64,000 nt of DNA from NCBI GenBank assembly GCA_016937715.1, contig JAFGWA010000005.1, forward strand, positions 5,040 through 69,039, read 5' to 3'. The notes under the pieces are model-generated. The model ran no database searches, was not told the origin of the DNA, and was given only the letters and a program-made list of their open reading frames with translations. Below, in pieces: positions 27,623 through 37,029 of this stretch (the stretch's first letter is position 1; every line of letters begins with the position of its first letter). Source of the stretch: Candidatus Goldiibacteriota bacterium. GTDB taxonomy: Bacteria; Oederibacteriota; PGYV01. The position numbers and the translations under genes are program-made.

Positions 27623-28731
27623 TTATTTCCTCCAAACGTGTCAGCCCAGTCTTTGAACACAGGATAATATCCCCTGCTTTTAATCGCGTCAAGAATTTCA
27701 CGGACACTTCTGTCGTCGCATATTTCAAACTGGCCTTCGGATTCGCTTCCCACATAACCGCCGGGGTTTGTTTTTGAACCTGCGCTCATATTTGTTACGC
27801 CAAGGCTTATCATATTGTCCCTGAAATCCGCGGCTTCCCTTGTGGAAAGTGTAATGCCGGCAAATTTGGTAAATATCCTTAATGCAAATATCATCTGCAC
27901 AAGTTCTTTATCACTTATTATCTCACTTGGTTTAAAACCGGAACTGGAACCCCGCATGCGCGGAAAGCTTACGGATACTTCTGTTTTCCAGTATTTTTTC
28001 ATTATATATGCCGCGTGCGCGCCCACATACGCCGCTTCCGTGCGCCAGTCATAAAGCCCTAAAAGCGCGCCTATGCCGATTTTACGAAACCCCGCCTGCG
28101 CCGCGCGGTCAGGAGTATTAATGCGCCATTCAAAATTTTTCTTCTGCCCGGACAGGTGTACTTTTTTATATGTTTCAGGGTCATAAGTTTCCTGATACAC
28201 CGTAAGCCCTGTCGCGCCGTTATCCACAAGTTTTTTATATCCGTCCGTATCCATAGGGTAAATTTCAAGCGATACCTGTGTAAAATACTTTCTTGCAAGC
28301 GCGACGCACCGCGCTACGTAATCAAGCCCGGCTTTATCTGGCGCTTCGCCGGTCAGCAGAAGAATACTGTTATATCCAAGGGACTTTATCCCTTCAAGTT
28401 CGGCTTTCACCTCTTCTTCACTTAAAGTCTTTCTGTTTATTTTATTTTTCCTGTTGAAACCGCAATAAGCGCATTCATTGGAACATTCATTGGAAATATA
28501 AAGCGGGATATACATGTTAATATTTTTCCCGAAGTGTTTCTGCGTCATCTCCCTTGACCTTATTGCCATGCTGTCAAGCAATGAAGCCGCTGCAGGGGAA
28601 AGCAGCGCAAGGAAATCTTCATACGACACGCTTTCTTTCTTTACCGCTGTTTCAACGCGCGTTTTATCGCCGGAATTTACCGCTTTTTTTATCAATTCTT
28701 TGTTTATTTTTAAAAACTCTTCATAAAACAT
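27619..28731 (-). CDS. thiH: 2-iminoacetate synthase (radical SAM)
   Basis: PLYISNEC.N.C.YCGF, VYQETY, LSTRE, SAGSKT.PGGY. Confidence 0.94.
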   Translation of the reverse strand: MFYEEFLKINKELIKKAVNSGDKTRVETAVKKESVSYEDFLALLSPAAASLLDSMAIRSREMTQKHFGKNINMYIPLYISNECSNECAYCGFNRKNKINRKTLSEEEVKAELEGIKSLGYNSILLLTGEAPDKAGLDYVARCVALARKYFTQVSLEIYPMDTDGYKKLVDNGATGLTVYQETYDPETYKKVHLSGQKKNFEWRINTPDRAAQAGFRKIGIGALLGLYDWRTEAAYVGAHAAYIMKKYWKTEVSVSFPRMRGSSSGFKPSEIISDKELVQMIFALRIFTKFAGITLSTREAADFRDNMISLGVTNMSAGSKTNPGGYVGSESEGQFEICDDRSVREILDAIKSRGYYPVFKDWADTFGGNK

Positions 28732-29502
28732 TTATTTAACCAGCCATTTCGTGGGAGATGAAGGCCTTGCGGTATCCCGTTTTTCAGCCATGCCTGCAAG
28801 ATAAGCAAACCTGCCCGCGCGCGACGCAAGTTTAAACGCTTCTGCCATTTTTACCGGTTCAGGCGACGCTGATATAGCGGTATTTATCATAACCGCGTCC
28901 GCGCCAAGTTCCATTGCAAGCGCCGCGTCCGAAGGCGAACCTATGCCCGCATCTATGACAACCGGTATTCCCGCCTGTTCAATAATAATCTTTATTGTAT
29001 CAACAGATTTCATTCCCTTATTGGTACCTATAGGCGACGCAAGAGGCATAACAGTGGCAGTGCCCGCGTCTTCCAGTTTTTTTGCAAGCACAGGATCAGG
29101 CCCTATATATGGAAGCACCACAAAACCTTCCTTTACAAGAATTTTCGCGGCTTTAAGGGTTTCATCGCCGTCCGGCCACAGATATTTTGGGTCGGGCGTC
29201 ACTTCAAGTTTTATCCAGTTTGACAGCCCCATTCCGCGCGCCAGCATTGCCGTCCTTACGGCTTCATCCGCGTTCTGCGCGCCGGATGTGTTAGGGAGAA
29301 TGAATATTTTTTTAGGATCAAGCGCGGACATAATATCCGCGTTGGGGTTTTCAAGGTCCACGCGGCGCACAGCCACGGTTATAATTTCCGCTTCTGACGC
29401 TTCAAGGCACCTGTTCATAATTTCGTCCGACGGGAATTTTCCCGTACCTATCATAAACCTGCTTTTAAATTCCCTGTCCGCTATTTTTAAAATATCATCC
29501 AT
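28732..29502 (-). CDS. thiG: Thiazole synthase
   Basis: LPNTSG, WIKLEV, MPL.SPIG, DAGIG.PS. Confidence 0.96.
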   Translation of the reverse strand: MDDILKIADREFKSRFMIGTGKFPSDEIMNRCLEASEAEIITVAVRRVDLENPNADIMSALDPKKIFILPNTSGAQNADEAVRTAMLARGMGLSNWIKLEVTPDPKYLWPDGDETLKAAKILVKEGFVVLPYIGPDPVLAKKLEDAGTATVMPLASPIGTNKGMKSVDTIKIIIEQAGIPVVIDAGIGSPSDAALAMELGADAVMINTAISASPEPVKMAEAFKLASRAGRFAYLAGMAEKRDTARPSSPTKWLVK

Positions 29503-29514
29503 GTTAACTCCTTT

Positions 29515-30243
29515 TTATCCGCCGCAGGCGGAACATCCCTGTTTTTTTGTAATATTTAAAACCCTGTATTGTGTTTTTAAACCGTCAAAAAACAGCATAC
29601 GCCCTGTTAGAAGTTCATTATTACCTGTCAGATATTTAACCGCTTCCATTGCCTGAAGCGTCCCTATATTGCCGGCTGCCGCGCCCAATATGCCGTCGTT
29701 TATTGATGTGTGCGCGTCTTCGCCCTTTGGAACATCCGGTATAAAACACCTTAAACACGCCTGCCCCGGCACGTATGTCATTATCTGTCCGCCCCATGCA
29801 AGCGCGCCGCCGTGACAGAACGGTTTTTTTAACTTCACGCACGTGTCATTAATAAGGTACTTGACCGCAAAATTATCCACCGCGTCTATTATAAAATCAT
29901 ACTGTGATATTATATCAGCGGCGTTTTGCGCGGTTATCATCTGCAGATGGCAGATAACTTTAACACCGGAATTTAGTTTTTTTACTTTATCAGCGGCAGA
30001 TTCTGTTTTAAGCCGCCCAAGGTCAGCTTCAAAATGAAGTATCTGTCTGTTTAGATTTATTTCTTCCACTTTATCCCCGTCAGCGATAGCAATTGTACCC
30101 GTGCCTGCGGCAGCAAGATAATAAATAACCGGAGAACCAAGGCCGCCCGCGCCTATTACAAGCACGGAGGAGGACATAAGTTTATTCTGCCCTTCAACAC
30201 CTATCTCTTTTATCCTTACGTTCCTGTCGTAACGTGTGTCCAT
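29515..30243 (-). CDS. thiF: ThiF/MoeB adenylyltransferase
   Basis: GAGGLGSP, NLNRQ, DNF, CLRC, terminal CSAC. Confidence 0.9.
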   Translation of the reverse strand: MDTRYDRNVRIKEIGVEGQNKLMSSSVLVIGAGGLGSPVIYYLAAAGTGTIAIADGDKVEEINLNRQILHFEADLGRLKTESAADKVKKLNSGVKVICHLQMITAQNAADIISQYDFIIDAVDNFAVKYLINDTCVKLKKPFCHGGALAWGGQIMTYVPGQACLRCFIPDVPKGEDAHTSINDGILGAAAGNIGTLQAMEAVKYLTGNNELLTGRMLFFDGLKTQYRVLNITKKQGCSACGG

Positions 30244-30273
30244 TAATATCCTTTTATATACTTTTTTGCCCTG

Positions 30274-30389
30274 GCAGCCGCACCCTTTTAGGGTGCGTTG
30301 TTTAGATTTTAAAACATAACATCAAAATCAACCGGGCTGAATCACAAAAACACAACATTAAAGCAAGACGCAACATGTTGCGTCTCTAC
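30274..30389. repeat. Two inward-facing REP-like hairpins
   Basis: GCAGCCGCACCCTTTTAGGGTGCG (+) and GTAGAGACGCAACATGTTGCGTCT (-). Confidence 0.65.
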
Positions 30390-30438
30390 ATTAAACAACA
30401 AATACAATTGAAAATTACAAAAAGCAACCTTTAAAAAC

Positions 30439-30467
30439 AAAAAAGCCCCTGTTTTGCAGGGGCTTTT
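30439..30467 (-). terminator. Riboswitch expression-platform terminator
   Basis: AAAAGCCCCTGC...CAGGGGCTTTTT; the aptamer 5' GCAGGGG can pair with CCCCUGC as antiterminator. Confidence 0.8.
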
Positions 30468-30473
30468 AAATTT

Positions 30474-30561
30474 ATAAGCTCCCTGCGGCGGCATTATCCG
30501 CGTCAGGTTCATAGGGTATAATCTCAGACCGGCTTATTACCGGCCACCCCTGCCTTAATGC
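30474..30561 (-). ncRNA. TPP riboswitch
   Basis: GGGGUG...CUGAGA...ACCC...GAACCUGA...GGAUAAUGCC...GGGA upstream of the thi operon. Confidence 0.95.
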
Positions 30562-30601
30562 TTTATTCTCTATAGAATCTGTTTTTAGAACAAAATTTAG
30601 T

Positions 30602-30661
30602 AGGAGCAGGCACTTAGGGGGTTTGGGAGGGGGGTATTTGGGAAAAAAGCGCCTGCCCCGT
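30602..30661 (-). ncRNA. Second copy of the C-rich-loop hairpin, 5' of the TPP aptamer
   Basis: GGGGCAGGCGC...CCCCCUCCCAAACCCCC...GUGCCUGCUCC; promoter TTGCAA-N16-TATAAT at 30668-30695. Confidence 0.55.
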
Positions 30662-30706
30662 ATTTTTATTATACAACTTTATGTTTCATTTGCAATACCG
30701 AATTAT

Positions 30707-31999
30707 TTATTTTACCGAATCGGGATTTGGCGCCTGTTCTTCCTGCTCTTTATTTTCCGTATATTTATCCCTTATGGCGGCAATTACATCGTACACATTT
30801 AAAAATGCGTCCACCACTTCCGGGTCAAAATGTTTTCCTGAATTGTCTTTTATGTATTCAATTACCCTTGTTTCGTCCCAGGGTTCTTTGTAAATTCTTT
30901 TTGATACCAGCGCGTCATACACATCCGCCACCGCCACTATCCTGCCTGTAACCGGAATTTCAAGGTCTGTCTTGCCCGGCGCTGAATCAAGTTTTTTCAG
31001 GTTCATGACATCTGTAACCCTGCCCGGATATCCTGTGCCGTCCCATTTTTCATGGTGCGCAAGGGCTATTTCCGCGGCCATTGCGTCAATTTCCGAATCC
31101 TTTGATTCAAACAGCCGGTAACCGAATATGGTATGCATTTTCATCGTGGAAAACTCTTCAGGTTCAAGTTTTGCCGGTTTTTTTAAAATACTGTCCGGTA
31201 TGGCAATCTTTCCGGCATCATGCAGCATGGCGGCTATTCTTAACTTATCCTTAAAGCGCCTGATAAGTTCCGGGGGGAAACCCCTGTCCTTTGCCCACTG
31301 GTGATATATTTCAACGGAATACGCTCCCATTCTGTTTACATGCCCGCCTGTTTCCTTAGGGTCGCGGAATTCCACCATCCTTAACATTCTTAAAACCATC
31401 TGCCTTGTACTTATCGCTTTTTCAATGGCAATTGCCGCGTCGTTGGCAAAATATGACACATACAATTCATCCTTATCCGAGAAAGGAACCACTTTACCCC
31501 TTTCATTTTTGGCGTTGATTATCTGCATTACGCCTATAACCCTGTTTCTTGCGGTTTTAAGCGGCATATTAAGAACCGACTGCGTTTTGTACCCCGAAGA
31601 GATATCAAAATCCTTATTAAAAGTATACTTTTCCTTTGAACTTATTTTATACGCGTCATCCACCACAAGCATCTGCCCGTTAAAAGCGGCAAAACCCGCC
31701 ATTGATGTTTCATTGATTGGTATTTCATGATTAAGATATTTATACCGGTTAGAAATGCTTTTCCCGAAAAGGATTTCATTCTGCGTATAACTGATTCTTA
31801 AATTATTTCCTTCAGTAAGAAAAATTGTTCCTGCTTCGGCGTTTGTGAATTTTCTGACTTCAAAAAGAATTTTATCAAGAAGTATGTCAATATCGCTTAT
31901 ATTATGTATGTCTTCGGTTATCTTAAGTATTTTCTGAAGTATATCCTTATCCGCTTTTCCGCTTACCCCGTATGATACCTTCTTCTTTTTTGCCGGCAT
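30707..31999 (-). CDS. GAF + HD-GYP cyclic-dinucleotide phosphodiesterase
   Basis: GAF (D..SGY.T.S.L..P, G.MQ.IN); HD.GK, HHEKWDGTGYP, VADVYDAL...R.YK. Confidence 0.93.
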   Translation of the reverse strand: MPAKKKKVSYGVSGKADKDILQKILKITEDIHNISDIDILLDKILFEVRKFTNAEAGTIFLTEGNNLRISYTQNEILFGKSISNRYKYLNHEIPINETSMAGFAAFNGQMLVVDDAYKISSKEKYTFNKDFDISSGYKTQSVLNMPLKTARNRVIGVMQIINAKNERGKVVPFSDKDELYVSYFANDAAIAIEKAISTRQMVLRMLRMVEFRDPKETGGHVNRMGAYSVEIYHQWAKDRGFPPELIRRFKDKLRIAAMLHDAGKIAIPDSILKKPAKLEPEEFSTMKMHTIFGYRLFESKDSEIDAMAAEIALAHHEKWDGTGYPGRVTDVMNLKKLDSAPGKTDLEIPVTGRIVAVADVYDALVSKRIYKEPWDETRVIEYIKDNSGKHFDPEVVDAFLNVYDVIAAIRDKYTENKEQEEQAPNPDSVK

Positions 32000-32088
32000 T
32001 TAAATCACCTTTTTGTGATAGTTTTATCTGCCACTAATTATAGCACATAAAAAAACGCCTTCAACACTTCTCTTTAAATTCATTACCT

Positions 32089-33138
32089 TTAACCGCGAAT
32101 GGCTCCAATAAACCCGCTTGCGATAACCGTGTTTCCGGCGTAAATAACAGCAAGCTGCCCAGGCGTCACCGCAAACTGCGGTTTTAAAAAAGCAATCTCT
32201 GCTGTTTTGCCCGTTATTTTAACTTTCGCGGCAGCTGCTTTGTGCAGGTACCGTATCTTGACTTTCGCGGCAAAATCTTTTTTACCGTCATCATAAAGCA
32301 GATTAAGCGAATCAATATCAAATACGGAAGAGAAAACCTCTTCTTTATCGCCGATAAATACCTTTTTTTCTTTCGCGTCAATTTTTGTCACATATACAGG
32401 GTGCCCCGCGCTGTAATTAAGCCCCTTGCGCTGCCCTATTGTGTAATTAAAATACGGGGTGTCTAATACTTTAAGCTTTTTATTATCCCCGTCATAAAGC
32501 CCGCCCGGCTCCCCGCTGTATCCGCGCTGCCTTTTTATGAAATCATATGGCGTTTCATTTCCCTGCAAAAAACACACTTCCTGGCTTTCCTGTTTTTCCT
32601 TTAACAGCCCCTGCTTTTTTACTATCTCTTTTATCTCTTTTTTTTCCATGTTCCCAAGGGGAAATATTATGTCTTTAAGTTCCTCTTTTTTCAGGCGCGC
32701 CAGAAAATATTCCTGCGTCTTGCTTTTATCTTTCCCTGCTTTAAGCGCAAATTGTCCGGATTTTTTTCCTATCCTTGCGTAATGCCCGGTCGCAACTTTA
32801 TCATACGAGAGTTCTTTCATTTTTTTAATAAGCGCCGCAAATTTTATTTCCTCATTGCACAGCACGCACGGATTGGGAGTTTCCCCCGAAAGATAAGAAT
32901 CAATAAACGGCTCCACCACTTTTTCCCTGAATTCTTTTTTCAGGTTAAGCGTGTAATGCCTTATACCCAGTTTCGCGCACGCGGCTTTGGCGTCCATGAT
33001 GTCTTCAATGTTGCAGCAGCGGGAGGCTTCATCCCATAAAGAAAGGGTTATTGCGGTCAGTTCATGGCCTTTTTGTTTTAAAAGCCACGCGGCGGCCGTG
33101 GAATCCGCGCCGCCGCTCATTCCTATTATTATTTTCAC
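32089..33138 (-). CDS. mnmA: tRNA 2-thiouridylase
   Basis: SGG.DS, CC, TPNPCV.CN..IKF, ATGHYA, ESQEVCF, TIGQRKG, TPGQ. Confidence 0.94.
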   Translation of the reverse strand: MKIIIGMSGGADSTAAAWLLKQKGHELTAITLSLWDEASRCCNIEDIMDAKAACAKLGIRHYTLNLKKEFREKVVEPFIDSYLSGETPNPCVLCNEEIKFAALIKKMKELSYDKVATGHYARIGKKSGQFALKAGKDKSKTQEYFLARLKKEELKDIIFPLGNMEKKEIKEIVKKQGLLKEKQESQEVCFLQGNETPYDFIKRQRGYSGEPGGLYDGDNKKLKVLDTPYFNYTIGQRKGLNYSAGHPVYVTKIDAKEKKVFIGDKEEVFSSVFDIDSLNLLYDDGKKDFAAKVKIRYLHKAAAAKVKITGKTAEIAFLKPQFAVTPGQLAVIYAGNTVIASGFIGAIRG

Positions 33139-33141
33139 TTT

Positions 33142-33579
33142 TTACTCTTCTTCGCCTTCATGGCCGTGGTCGTGGCCGTCATCTTCTTTTTCCGGAAGCG
33201 GGGGCAGGCCCTGTTTTCTTCTGTTGTAATCTTCTATAGCCCTTTTAATACCGTCTTCGGCAAGTACAGAGCAGTGCAGTTTTTCCGGCGGAAGGCCGTC
33301 TAAAAGCTCCACTATACTTTTATTTGTAACTTCCAGCGCTTTTTCAACCGGCATTCCTTTGATTAAATCCGTAGCCTGCGAAGATGTGGCTATAGCAGCC
33401 ACACAACCAAAAGTTTCAAACTTACAGTCTGTAATTATGCCGTCATCCACCTTTATGTATATCCACATCACATCGCCGCACTTGGCGTTGCCCACTTTGC
33501 CGATTCCGTCCGCGTTATCTATCCTTCCCATGTTCTTTAAATTCTTAAACCTTTCCATTACTTTTTCGGAGTATTTCAT
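33142..33579 (-). CDS. iscU: Fe-S scaffold IscU/NifU-N with His/acid tail
   Basis: GN..CGD, FGC.AAIA.SS, LP.EK.HCS.LA. Confidence 0.92.
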   Translation of the reverse strand: MKYSEKVMERFKNLKNMGRIDNADGIGKVGNAKCGDVMWIYIKVDDGIITDCKFETFGCVAAIATSSQATDLIKGMPVEKALEVTNKSIVELLDGLPPEKLHCSVLAEDGIKRAIEDYNRRKQGLPPLPEKEDDGHDHGHEGEEE

Positions 33580-33596
33580 GGCTCACCTCTTTTTTA

Positions 33597-34505
33597 TTAC
33601 AGTTCCACCATTTTTTCTATGGGGCGTATCGCGTTTTTTATTGTATCTTCATCAAGAATAACTTCTGTCTTTTCCTCTTCCAGGCACGCAAGCAGGTCGG
33701 ACAATCTGGTTTTTTTCATATTCACGCATACTTTCGCGGAGCCCAGCGAGAAAAATTCCGCGTCAGGCCTTTCTTTTTTCAGCCTGTGTATATGCCCTTC
33801 TTCCGTACCTATTATAAACTGCTTGTCCGGGCTTTCCCTTACATACTTAATCATGCCGGATGTTGACCCCACCACATCAGCCGCATCCACCACTTCGGGT
33901 TCGCATTCGGGATGCACCAGTATTTTGGCGCCGGGATGCGCTTCGCGCGACTTTATTACATCTTCTTTTGTGAACTGATGGTGCACAATGCATCCGCCCT
34001 GATGGATAATAAGCTCTTTTTCGGGAGTATGTTTTTTCACCCAGTATCCAAGATTTTTATCAGGAAGAAATACAACCTGTTTTTGGGGAAGTTTTTTAAC
34101 CACATCTATAGCGTTTGCCGATGTTACGCACACGTCAAGAAGCACTTTTACTTCGGCGTTTGTGTTAACATACCCGGCAAGAGCGGCATCGGGATATTTC
34201 TTTCTGTACTCTTTTACCTCTTCAACCGTAATCGTATCAGCCAGCGGGCATCCCGCGTCCATTCTGGGGATTAATACTTTCTTCTTGGGAGAAAGAATTT
34301 TTGCGGTTTCCGCCATGAACTTTACGCCGCAGAATACAATTAACTGTTCCGGCGCAGCCGCTGTCTTGCGCGCCAGTTCCAGTGAATCACCGGTAAAATC
34401 AGCAATATCCTGAATATCCGGTATCTGGTAGTTATGCGCGACGATAAGCCCGCCTTTTTTTGCTTTAAGTTCCTTAATTTTTGCAATCATTTCATTTTTT
34501 TCCAT
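33597..34505 (-). CDS. nadA: Quinolinate synthase
   Basis: AHNYQ, GDSLEL, FCGVKFMAE, AGCPLA, HPEC, C.NMK. Confidence 0.96.
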   Translation of the reverse strand: MEKNEMIAKIKELKAKKGGLIVAHNYQIPDIQDIADFTGDSLELARKTAAAPEQLIVFCGVKFMAETAKILSPKKKVLIPRMDAGCPLADTITVEEVKEYRKKYPDAALAGYVNTNAEVKVLLDVCVTSANAIDVVKKLPQKQVVFLPDKNLGYWVKKHTPEKELIIHQGGCIVHHQFTKEDVIKSREAHPGAKILVHPECEPEVVDAADVVGSTSGMIKYVRESPDKQFIIGTEEGHIHRLKKERPDAEFFSLGSAKVCVNMKKTRLSDLLACLEEEKTEVILDEDTIKNAIRPIEKMVEL

Positions 34506-34536
34506 TTTTAATTCTCCCTTTCCATATTTATATTTT

Positions 34537-35718
34537 TTATGCTTTATCCCTGTTTTTCCAGAATGGCGACATATTTCTTAACTTTTCAACCGCCGGCGGA
34601 AGCACTGAAAGCACCTCGTCTATATCTTCCTGCGTGGTATATTTGCTTAAGCTGAAACGTATGCTTCCGTGCGCGGTGCCGTGGTCAAGCCCCATTGCCA
34701 AAAGCACGTGCGAAGGGTCAAGGGAACCTGACGTACAGGCGGAACCCGATGACGCGCATATGCCTTCAAAGTCCATCTGTATAAGCATTCCTTCGCCTTC
34801 TATAAATTCTACGCTGACATTAAGCGTGTTTTCCGCCCTGTGTTCAGGATGTCCGTTTAATATAACTTCGGGAATTTCTTCAAATATACCCGCCTGCAGT
34901 TTATCGCGCAGCTGTTTTATTTTTTCATGCGCTTCAGGATTTTTAAAACTCTCCATGGCCAGCTCGCACGCTTTGGCAAGGCCCACAATTCCCGGAACAT
35001 TTTCAGTGCCCGGCCTTTTTCTGTTTTCGTGGTGTCCTCCCTGCATTATAGGGGAAACCTTTACTCCTTTTCTTATGTACAGCGCGCCGATACCTTTTGG
35101 GCCATGAAATTTATGGGCTGATATAGAAACCAGATCAGCGTTCATTGCTTTTACATCCAACGGGTATTTGCCCGCAGCCTGAACCGCGTCGGTGTGAAAT
35201 ATAATATTATGCTCCCTTGCAATTGCGCCTATTTCCGATATGGGTTCAATTGTACCGGTTTCATTATTTACCGCCATTATGGAGATAAGAATTGTATCCG
35301 GCCTTATGGCTTTTTTTACATCATCCGGATTTATAACACCGTATTTGTCCACGGGAAGGTAAGTGACTTCATAACCCTCTTTTTCAAGCGCCTTGCAGAC
35401 ATTTAATACGGCATGATGTTCAATGGCGCTTGTGATTATATGTTTTCCCTTGGATGAATTAGCCAAAGCGGCGCCGCGCACGGCTATGTTATCAGATTCC
35501 GTACCGCCGGAGGTGAATATTATTTCCCTGCTGTCAGCGGCGTTAAAAAACCGCGCTACAACCGCGCGTGATTCTTCCACGGCTTTTCTTGCGTCCTGCC
35601 CAAAGGAATAAACACCTGAAGCATTGGCGTAATTTTCAGTCATATAAGGCATCATTGCCTTTAAAACTTCATCGTCCATTCTTGTTGTCGCGTTATTGTC
35701 CAGATAATGAATTTTCAT
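34537..35718 (-). CDS. iscS: Cysteine desulfurase IscS/NifS
   Basis: YLDNNATT, SAHKFHGPKG, SSGSACTS. Confidence 0.95.
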   Translation of the reverse strand: MKIHYLDNNATTRMDDEVLKAMMPYMTENYANASGVYSFGQDARKAVEESRAVVARFFNAADSREIIFTSGGTESDNIAVRGAALANSSKGKHIITSAIEHHAVLNVCKALEKEGYEVTYLPVDKYGVINPDDVKKAIRPDTILISIMAVNNETGTIEPISEIGAIAREHNIIFHTDAVQAAGKYPLDVKAMNADLVSISAHKFHGPKGIGALYIRKGVKVSPIMQGGHHENRKRPGTENVPGIVGLAKACELAMESFKNPEAHEKIKQLRDKLQAGIFEEIPEVILNGHPEHRAENTLNVSVEFIEGEGMLIQMDFEGICASSGSACTSGSLDPSHVLLAMGLDHGTAHGSIRFSLSKYTTQEDIDEVLSVLPPAVEKLRNMSPFWKNRDKA

Positions 35719-35733
35719 GTTATATCTCCTTTA

Positions 35734-36159
35734 TTATTTCTGCGGAGTGTGGTTTTCCGCCACTTCAGACAATTTAGTCTGTTTTAAATAAGTGCTTATT
35801 ACTTTATCCAGCCCCACCCATACTTTTCTTATGCCGCACTTTGGCGCGTTGTTACAGGCTTTTATATTAATTACGCATTTGGAAGGCGACACGCCTTTTT
35901 CAACCGCTTCCAGCACATCATAAACCGAAATATCTTTGGGCGCCCTTGCAAGCATAAACCCGCCTTTTTCTCCCTTTACACTTGTAATAATGGAAGCTTT
36001 GCGAAGTGTGACAAATATGTTTTCAAGGTACCTGTTGGATATATCTTCCCTTTCTGATATGTGTTTTATGGAGACAGGCTTGTTGCCATTCTTTAAGTAG
36101 GACTCCGCAAGATGGGTCAAAGCCCTTAAAGCGTACCTGCCTTTTGTTGATACATTCAT
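35734..36159 (-). CDS. Rrf2-family (IscR-like, 3 Cys) regulator
   Basis: STKGRYALR, IS.RYLE.I, G..GGF.LA, C..C..C; heads the Fe-S operon. Confidence 0.92.
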   Translation of the reverse strand: MNVSTKGRYALRALTHLAESYLKNGNKPVSIKHISEREDISNRYLENIFVTLRKASIITSVKGEKGGFMLARAPKDISVYDVLEAVEKGVSPSKCVINIKACNNAPKCGIRKVWVGLDKVISTYLKQTKLSEVAENHTPQK

Positions 36160-36177
36160 TCCTGCCTCCTGCTAGTT

Positions 36178-36225
36178 TATCACCATTCTTGTGATAATTA
36201 TATATTTCTTTAACGATAATGTCAA
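36178..36225 (-). promoter_or_regulatory. Consensus promoter plus TATCAC-N7-GTGATA operator
   Basis: TTGACA-N17-TATAAT with the palindrome (36178-36196) directly downstream; weaker site at 36257-36275. Confidence 0.8.
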
Positions 36226-36333
36226 GATTAATTTAATCCCGGTATGAATTTTATATTATCACCGAAATGGTGTGGAATCAAGGGGAAAGAGCGGAAGAAA
36301 CGAGGGACGGAAGAAAAGCAAACATCAAATCAA

Positions 36334-36762
36334 CTATTTTTTATAAACAAAATAACCGACTATCAAACTAAAAATAAATATTTCTGCAACCATAATCAAT
36401 CCATGAACAAAGTTGCCAAAACCAAAATTAACTTTATCAAAAACCACCAGAAATAAGTAAACAGCTAAAATCAAACCATTAATTGAAACAAATAAATTAA
36501 GAAAAATATTTTTTATATTTTTCGAATAATAATCTTTTACCGAATAATAACTGTAATATGTAAAAATACTTCCGCCAAGTATAACCGCAACGTAATTAAA
36601 CCAAGGTAAATTTGTTGCAAGTTGAAGAAAAATTGAAGATATCAAAAACAATGATATTAATAATGCCGTTAATATAAGCAGCAATCTGTCTTTTATCAAA
36701 TTATTAGTGGATTCAATCTTGGAGTTTTTATTATGCACGTCTTTTTTTATCGTCGGCTTCAA
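36334..36762 (-). CDS. AT-rich 4-TM hypothetical membrane protein
   Basis: Four hydrophobic segments; SD GAGGAGG; TTG start. Confidence 0.65.
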   Translation of the reverse strand: MKPTIKKDVHNKNSKIESTNNLIKDRLLLILTALLISLFLISSIFLQLATNLPWFNYVAVILGGSIFTYYSYYSVKDYYSKNIKNIFLNLFVSINGLILAVYLFLVVFDKVNFGFGNFVHGLIMVAEIFIFSLIVGYFVYKK

Positions 36763-36932
36763 CTTGTTAACCCTCCTCTAAATGCCACATAATTAACTTG
36801 CCTCCCAATACAACACATCATATAAAACTACTCGAAAAGCGTGAATGTTATGGAAATACCCACTTTCATACGACTTCCTTAATATTATAAATCAATAACA
36901 TTCCGGATACAACAAAACAAGTAACACCACAC

Positions 36933-36958
36933 GGACAGCGCGGGAGCGCCGTCCCTAC
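36933..36958 (-). repeat. GTAG-REP-like hairpin
   Basis: Copy of 14423-14448 with one change. Confidence 0.75.
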
Positions 36959-37029
36959 AAAACCTTAAAATATCTGTTTACATTTCACCCGCGCGCCTAT
37001 AGAATCATAAAAAAACAGGAGGTAATACT

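Noticed and set aside
28943-29656. Long + strand ORFs antisense to conserved genes (many in the track)
   Set aside because: Shadow frames of well-supported minus-strand genes with no recognisable motifs.
30617-30642. G-quadruplex on the + strand
   Set aside because: The G-runs are the complement of the C-rich loop; promoter and gene orientation favour the minus-strand RNA.
32004-32020. ATCAC-N6-GTGATA before the HD-GYP gene as another operator
   Set aside because: Spacing is 6 rather than 7 and one half is explained by the SD (AGGTGA); weak candidate only.
4829-32064. Preference for 16-nt promoter spacers
   Set aside because: Several cases (4829, 17270, 22471, 30668) but equally good 17-nt promoters exist (20810, 36197); sample too small.
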